Source: an uncultured Alphaproteobacteria bacterium (GTDB lineage: Bacteria; Pseudomonadota; Alphaproteobacteria; Caulobacterales; Caulobacteraceae). From it: 41,239 nucleotides of DNA. A model generated the notes under the pieces. It saw only the letters and a program-made list of their open reading frames with translations, was not told the origin of the DNA and ran no database searches. Within the stretch, counting starts at the first letter, position 1. Each line of letters begins with the position of its first letter. Position numbers and translations under genes: made by a program. Location of the stretch: contig CAIMLY010000120.1 in NCBI GenBank assembly GCA_903842425.1, positions 1-41,239 of the forward strand, read 5' to 3'. Below, piece after piece: positions 38,358 through 41,239 of this stretch.

Positions 38358-39241
38358 TCGCCTTCGGGCTGGACATGGGTGGAACCAAGATCGAGGCGGC
38401 GGCCCTGTCGCCCGACGGCGGCTTCCTGGCCAGGGTCCGGCGATCGACACCGGGGGGCTACGAGGCGGGCCTGGAGGCCGTCGCGGAGATCCTGGCGGAG
38501 GCCGAGCGACAGGCCGGAGCCCGGGCGGCGCGGCTGGGCGCCGGCGGTCCCGGCTCGGTCAATCCGCGGACTGGCCGGATGCGCAACGCCAACTCCACCT
38601 GGCTCAATGGCCGGCCCTTTCCCGCTGACCTCGCCCGGCGACTCGGACGGCCCGTTCGATACGCGAACGACGCGGACTGCCTGGCGGTCTCCGAGGCCCG
38701 GGACGGGGCGGCGCAGGGTCGTGATCCCGTCTTTGCAGTGATCCTGGGGACAGGGTGCGGCGGCGGACTGTCCCTGGGCGGGCGGATCGTCACCGGCGCC
38801 AACGGAATTGCGGGTGAGTGGGGCCACAGCCCCCTGCCCTCGCCAACCCCGGAGGAGACGCCGGGCCCGGCCTGCTGGTGCGGCCGCCACGGGTGCCTGG
38901 AGACCTGGCTCTCCGGGCCGGGACTGGCGCTGGACGACGGCCGCGGGCTGACGGCGGAAGCCGTCGCGGGACAGGCCGCGCAGGGGGAACCCCGGGCCCT
39001 GGCCAGCCTGGACCGGCACGCCGGACGCCTCGCCCGCGGCCTCGCGGCGGTGGTGAACCTGGTGGACCCGGCGGTCATCGTCCTGGGCGGCGGCCTTGGC
39101 CAGGTCCCTGGCCTGGCCGAGGGCCTCGCCGACCGGATCCGCCCGCATGTCTTCAGCGATGACTGGCGCTGCGAGGTCGTGCGGCCGCGATTTGGCGACT
39201 CCTCGGGCGTACGCGGCGCCGCCTGGCTCTGGGACCGGTGA
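38354..39241 (+). CDS. ROK family sugar kinase (Mak-like)
   Basis: GLDMGGTKIE, NDADC, ILGTGCGGG, GEWGH, CWCGRHGCLE; ATGA overlap with the upstream gene. Confidence 0.92.
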   Translation: MIAFGLDMGGTKIEAAALSPDGGFLARVRRSTPGGYEAGLEAVAEILAEAERQAGARAARLGAGGPGSVNPRTGRMRNANSTWLNGRPFPADLARRLGRPVRYANDADCLAVSEARDGAAQGRDPVFAVILGTGCGGGLSLGGRIVTGANGIAGEWGHSPLPSPTPEETPGPACWCGRHGCLETWLSGPGLALDDGRGLTAEAVAGQAAQGEPRALASLDRHAGRLARGLAAVVNLVDPAVIVLGGGLGQVPGLAEGLADRIRPHVFSDDWRCEVVRPRFGDSSGVRGAAWLWDR

Positions 39242-40521
39242 AGGCGCTCTGTCGCGACTGCCTGTCGCCCGGCCCGGCGGCGGCGCGCTGCCCGGCCTGC
39301 GGTTCGCCCCGGAGGCTGGCGCATCCGGAACTCGACACCCTGTCCATCGCCCACATCGACTGCGACGCCTTCTACGCCTCGGTGGAGAAGCGGGACCGGC
39401 CTGAACTGCGGGACCGGCCGGTCATCGTGGGCGGTGGACGCCGGGGCGTGGTCACGACCTGCTGCTACATCGCTCGCACCTTCGGCGTCCGCTCGGCCAT
39501 GCCCATGTTCAAGGCCCTGGCGGCCTGCCCCCAGGCGATCGTCCTGCCCCCCGACTTTCCCAGGTACAGGGCCGAGAGCCGGCGGATCCTGGACCTGATG
39601 CGCGGGCTCACCCCGCTGGTCCAGCCCCTGTCCCTCGACGAGGCCTGGCTGGACCTGTCGGGGACCGAGCGCCTTCACCAGGCCCCGCCGGCCCTGACCC
39701 TGGCCCGGTTGCAGGCGCGAATCGAGGCGGAGATCGGACTGACGGTCTCGATCGGACTCGCCCCCAACAAGTTCCTCGCCAAGATCGCCTCGGACCTCGA
39801 CAAGCCCCGGGGCTTCTCGGTCATCGGCGCCGCCGAGGCGCAGGACTTCCTCGCCGGGCGGTCCGTAAGGCTGCTGCCCGGCGTGGGCCCGGTCATGGCC
39901 CGCAGCCTCGAGACCGCCGGGTTCGAGCGGATCGGCCAGATCGCCCGCGCCGACCTGCGGACGCTGGCGACCCGGTTCGGCGACTTCGGCCTGCGGCTGC
40001 ACGCCATGTCGCGGGGAGAAGACGCCCGGGGCGTCGATCCGGGGCAGGTGCGAAAGTCGATCAGCGCCGAGACCACCTTCGAGACGGACCTCAGCGCCCC
40101 GGAGGACCTCGACGGCCACCTGGTGCGCCTGGCCGAACGCGTGGCCCGGCAGGCGCGGGCCGCCGGCCAGGCTGGACGGGTGGCGACCCTCAAGCTGAAG
40201 GACCCCGACTTCCGGATCCTCACCCGCCGACGGACCCTGGCGGCGCCCACCCAGACCGCACGGACCCTGATCGCCGAGGCCCGGACACTGCTCGCCGCTG
40301 AACTTGGGACGGGCGGCCGGCGGGCCTTTCGCCTGATCGGCGTTGGTCTTTCCGATCTTTCTGAGGGCGAGGCCGCCGGAAGCGACCTGTTCGCGGCCGA
40401 GGACCCGCGAACCCTGGCTGCGGAGCGGGCCGCGGACGCGATCCGCGCTCGATTCGGCCCGGGAATCCTGGCTCCCGCCCGCGAGCTGCCGCCCCGCCGG
40501 TCGCCGGGGGAAGGTTCCTGA
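39238..40521 (+). CDS. dinB: DNA polymerase IV
   Basis: HIDCDAFYASVE, YIARTFGVRSAMP, SLDEAWLD, KFLAKIASD..KPRG; N-terminal CxxC...CxxC; GTGA overlap. Confidence 0.95.
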   Translation: MKALCRDCLSPGPAAARCPACGSPRRLAHPELDTLSIAHIDCDAFYASVEKRDRPELRDRPVIVGGGRRGVVTTCCYIARTFGVRSAMPMFKALAACPQAIVLPPDFPRYRAESRRILDLMRGLTPLVQPLSLDEAWLDLSGTERLHQAPPALTLARLQARIEAEIGLTVSIGLAPNKFLAKIASDLDKPRGFSVIGAAEAQDFLAGRSVRLLPGVGPVMARSLETAGFERIGQIARADLRTLATRFGDFGLRLHAMSRGEDARGVDPGQVRKSISAETTFETDLSAPEDLDGHLVRLAERVARQARAAGQAGRVATLKLKDPDFRILTRRRTLAAPTQTARTLIAEARTLLAAELGTGGRRAFRLIGVGLSDLSEGEAAGSDLFAAEDPRTLAAERAADAIRARFGPGILAPARELPPRRSPGEGS

Positions 40522-40678
40522 CCGCGGGGAACCGGCCCAAGGGAAGTGTGGAAAACTGAGGCGCCAGGGCCCCGTGCGGCCCCCGCAGGCCGCCAAGCCC
40601 CTTTCATTCCTGGGGGGTTGGCATATCTAATCGAACTCTGAGGGGCGTCGTCCGGAGGCGCCCGTGGAGACGTATCGG

Positions 40679-41008
40679 ATGGCCGAGCGCAAGCAGGGGG
40701 ATCAGGGGACGGGCGATCGCTCTACGGTGATCACCCAGACCAAGACCCGCACCCAGCGGCCCTCGATGTATCGGGTGCTGATCCTGAACGACGACTACAC
40801 GCCGATGGAGTTCGTGGTCTACGTCCTGGAGCAGTACTTCCACAAGTCGCGGGAGGAGGCGACGCGGATCATGCTGCACGTCCATCAGACGGGCGTCGGG
40901 GTCTGCGGCGTCTACACCTACGAAGTCGCCGAAACCAAGGTGGCGCAGGTGATCGACACCGCCCGCCGCCACCAGCACCCCTTGCAGTGCACCATGGAAA
41001 AGGACTAG
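40679..41008 (+). CDS. clpS: ATP-dependent Clp protease adaptor ClpS
   Basis: [39 protein letters not shown]. Confidence 0.96.
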   Translation: MAERKQGDQGTGDRSTVITQTKTRTQRPSMYRVLILNDDYTPMEFVVYVLEQYFHKSREEATRIMLHVHQTGVGVCGVYTYEVAETKVAQVIDTARRHQHPLQCTMEKD

Positions 41009-41013
41009 CGACC

Positions 41014-41239
41014 GTGCCGTCATTCTCGCGCCAGCTCGAAGAGTCCCTGCACAGGGCCGTCGCCCTCGCCAATCAGCGCAAGCACGAGTACGCGACGCTG
41101 GAGCACCTGCTCCTGTCGCTCACCGAGGACGAGGACTCTGTCGGGGTCATGAAGGCCTGCGACGTCGACCTGGACGTGCTCAAGACCACGCTCACCAGCT
41201 ATGTCGACAACGAACTCAAGTCCCTGGTCGTCGATGACG
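41014..41239 (+). CDS. clpA: ClpA ATP-binding subunit (5' part only)
   Basis: GTG start; MPSFSRQLEESLHRAVALANQRKHEYATLEHLLLSL; directly follows clpS. Confidence 0.93.
   Translation, partial: MPSFSRQLEESLHRAVALANQRKHEYATLEHLLLSLTEDEDSVGVMKACDVDLDVLKTTLTSYVDNELKSLVVDD

Noticed and set aside
21-40607. Many long antisense or alternate-frame ORFs in the track (e.g. 21..1124 +, 3854..5497 +, 10940..12472 +, 30170..32497 -, 32410..34539 -, 36193..37671 +, 38458..40596 -)
   Set aside because: They overlap well-supported genes, show no motifs, and are the shadow ORFs expected in high-GC DNA.
1-41239. CRISPR arrays, riboswitches or other ncRNAs
   Set aside because: Intergenic gaps are short (about 160 nt or less) and none shows regularly spaced repeats or a recognisable RNA motif; a covariance-model search would be needed to exclude small RNAs.

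Overview
GC-rich alphaproteobacterial chromosome segment, most consistent with Caulobacteraceae (pleD-divK, TTAA-N7-TTAA CtrA boxes, intergenic GANTC sites). It is mostly core genome. Left part: acyl-CoA dehydrogenase (runs off the left edge), amidohydrolase, TerC-family protein, metG, tRNA-Thr(UGU), lipoprotein cytochrome c, an RND/MFP efflux pair, class II aldolase, glpK, a DUF2336-NAD kinase-Hpt-NUDIX-DUF2336 cluster, a CoA transferase, a lytic transglycosylase, and a FAD oxidoreductase/acyl-CoA dehydrogenase pair. Middle: a ~2.8 kb accessory patch with two unknown secreted proteins, DUF4180 and an orphan Rap1a-like immunity gene. Right part: ruvX-pyrB-LOG-pyrC'-plsY-dprA-topA-rnr-NUDIX-rpmG, pleD-divK, HAD-ROK-dinB and clpS-clpA (clpA runs off the right edge). 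I saw no CRISPR array, transposase or integrase. Best leads: (1) a DUF2336/Hpt cluster carrying CtrA-like sites and lacking its kinase and receiver; (2) the second DUF2336 gene has no in-frame canonical start, implying an ATC start or a +1 frameshift; (3) a perfect alphaproteobacterial LexA box on a -35 element upstream of plsY-dprA; (4) the secreted-pair/Rap1a island; (5) a pyrC lacking its catalytic residues, with a LOG gene coupled between pyrB and pyrC. Family assignments come from motif recognition, not database searches.
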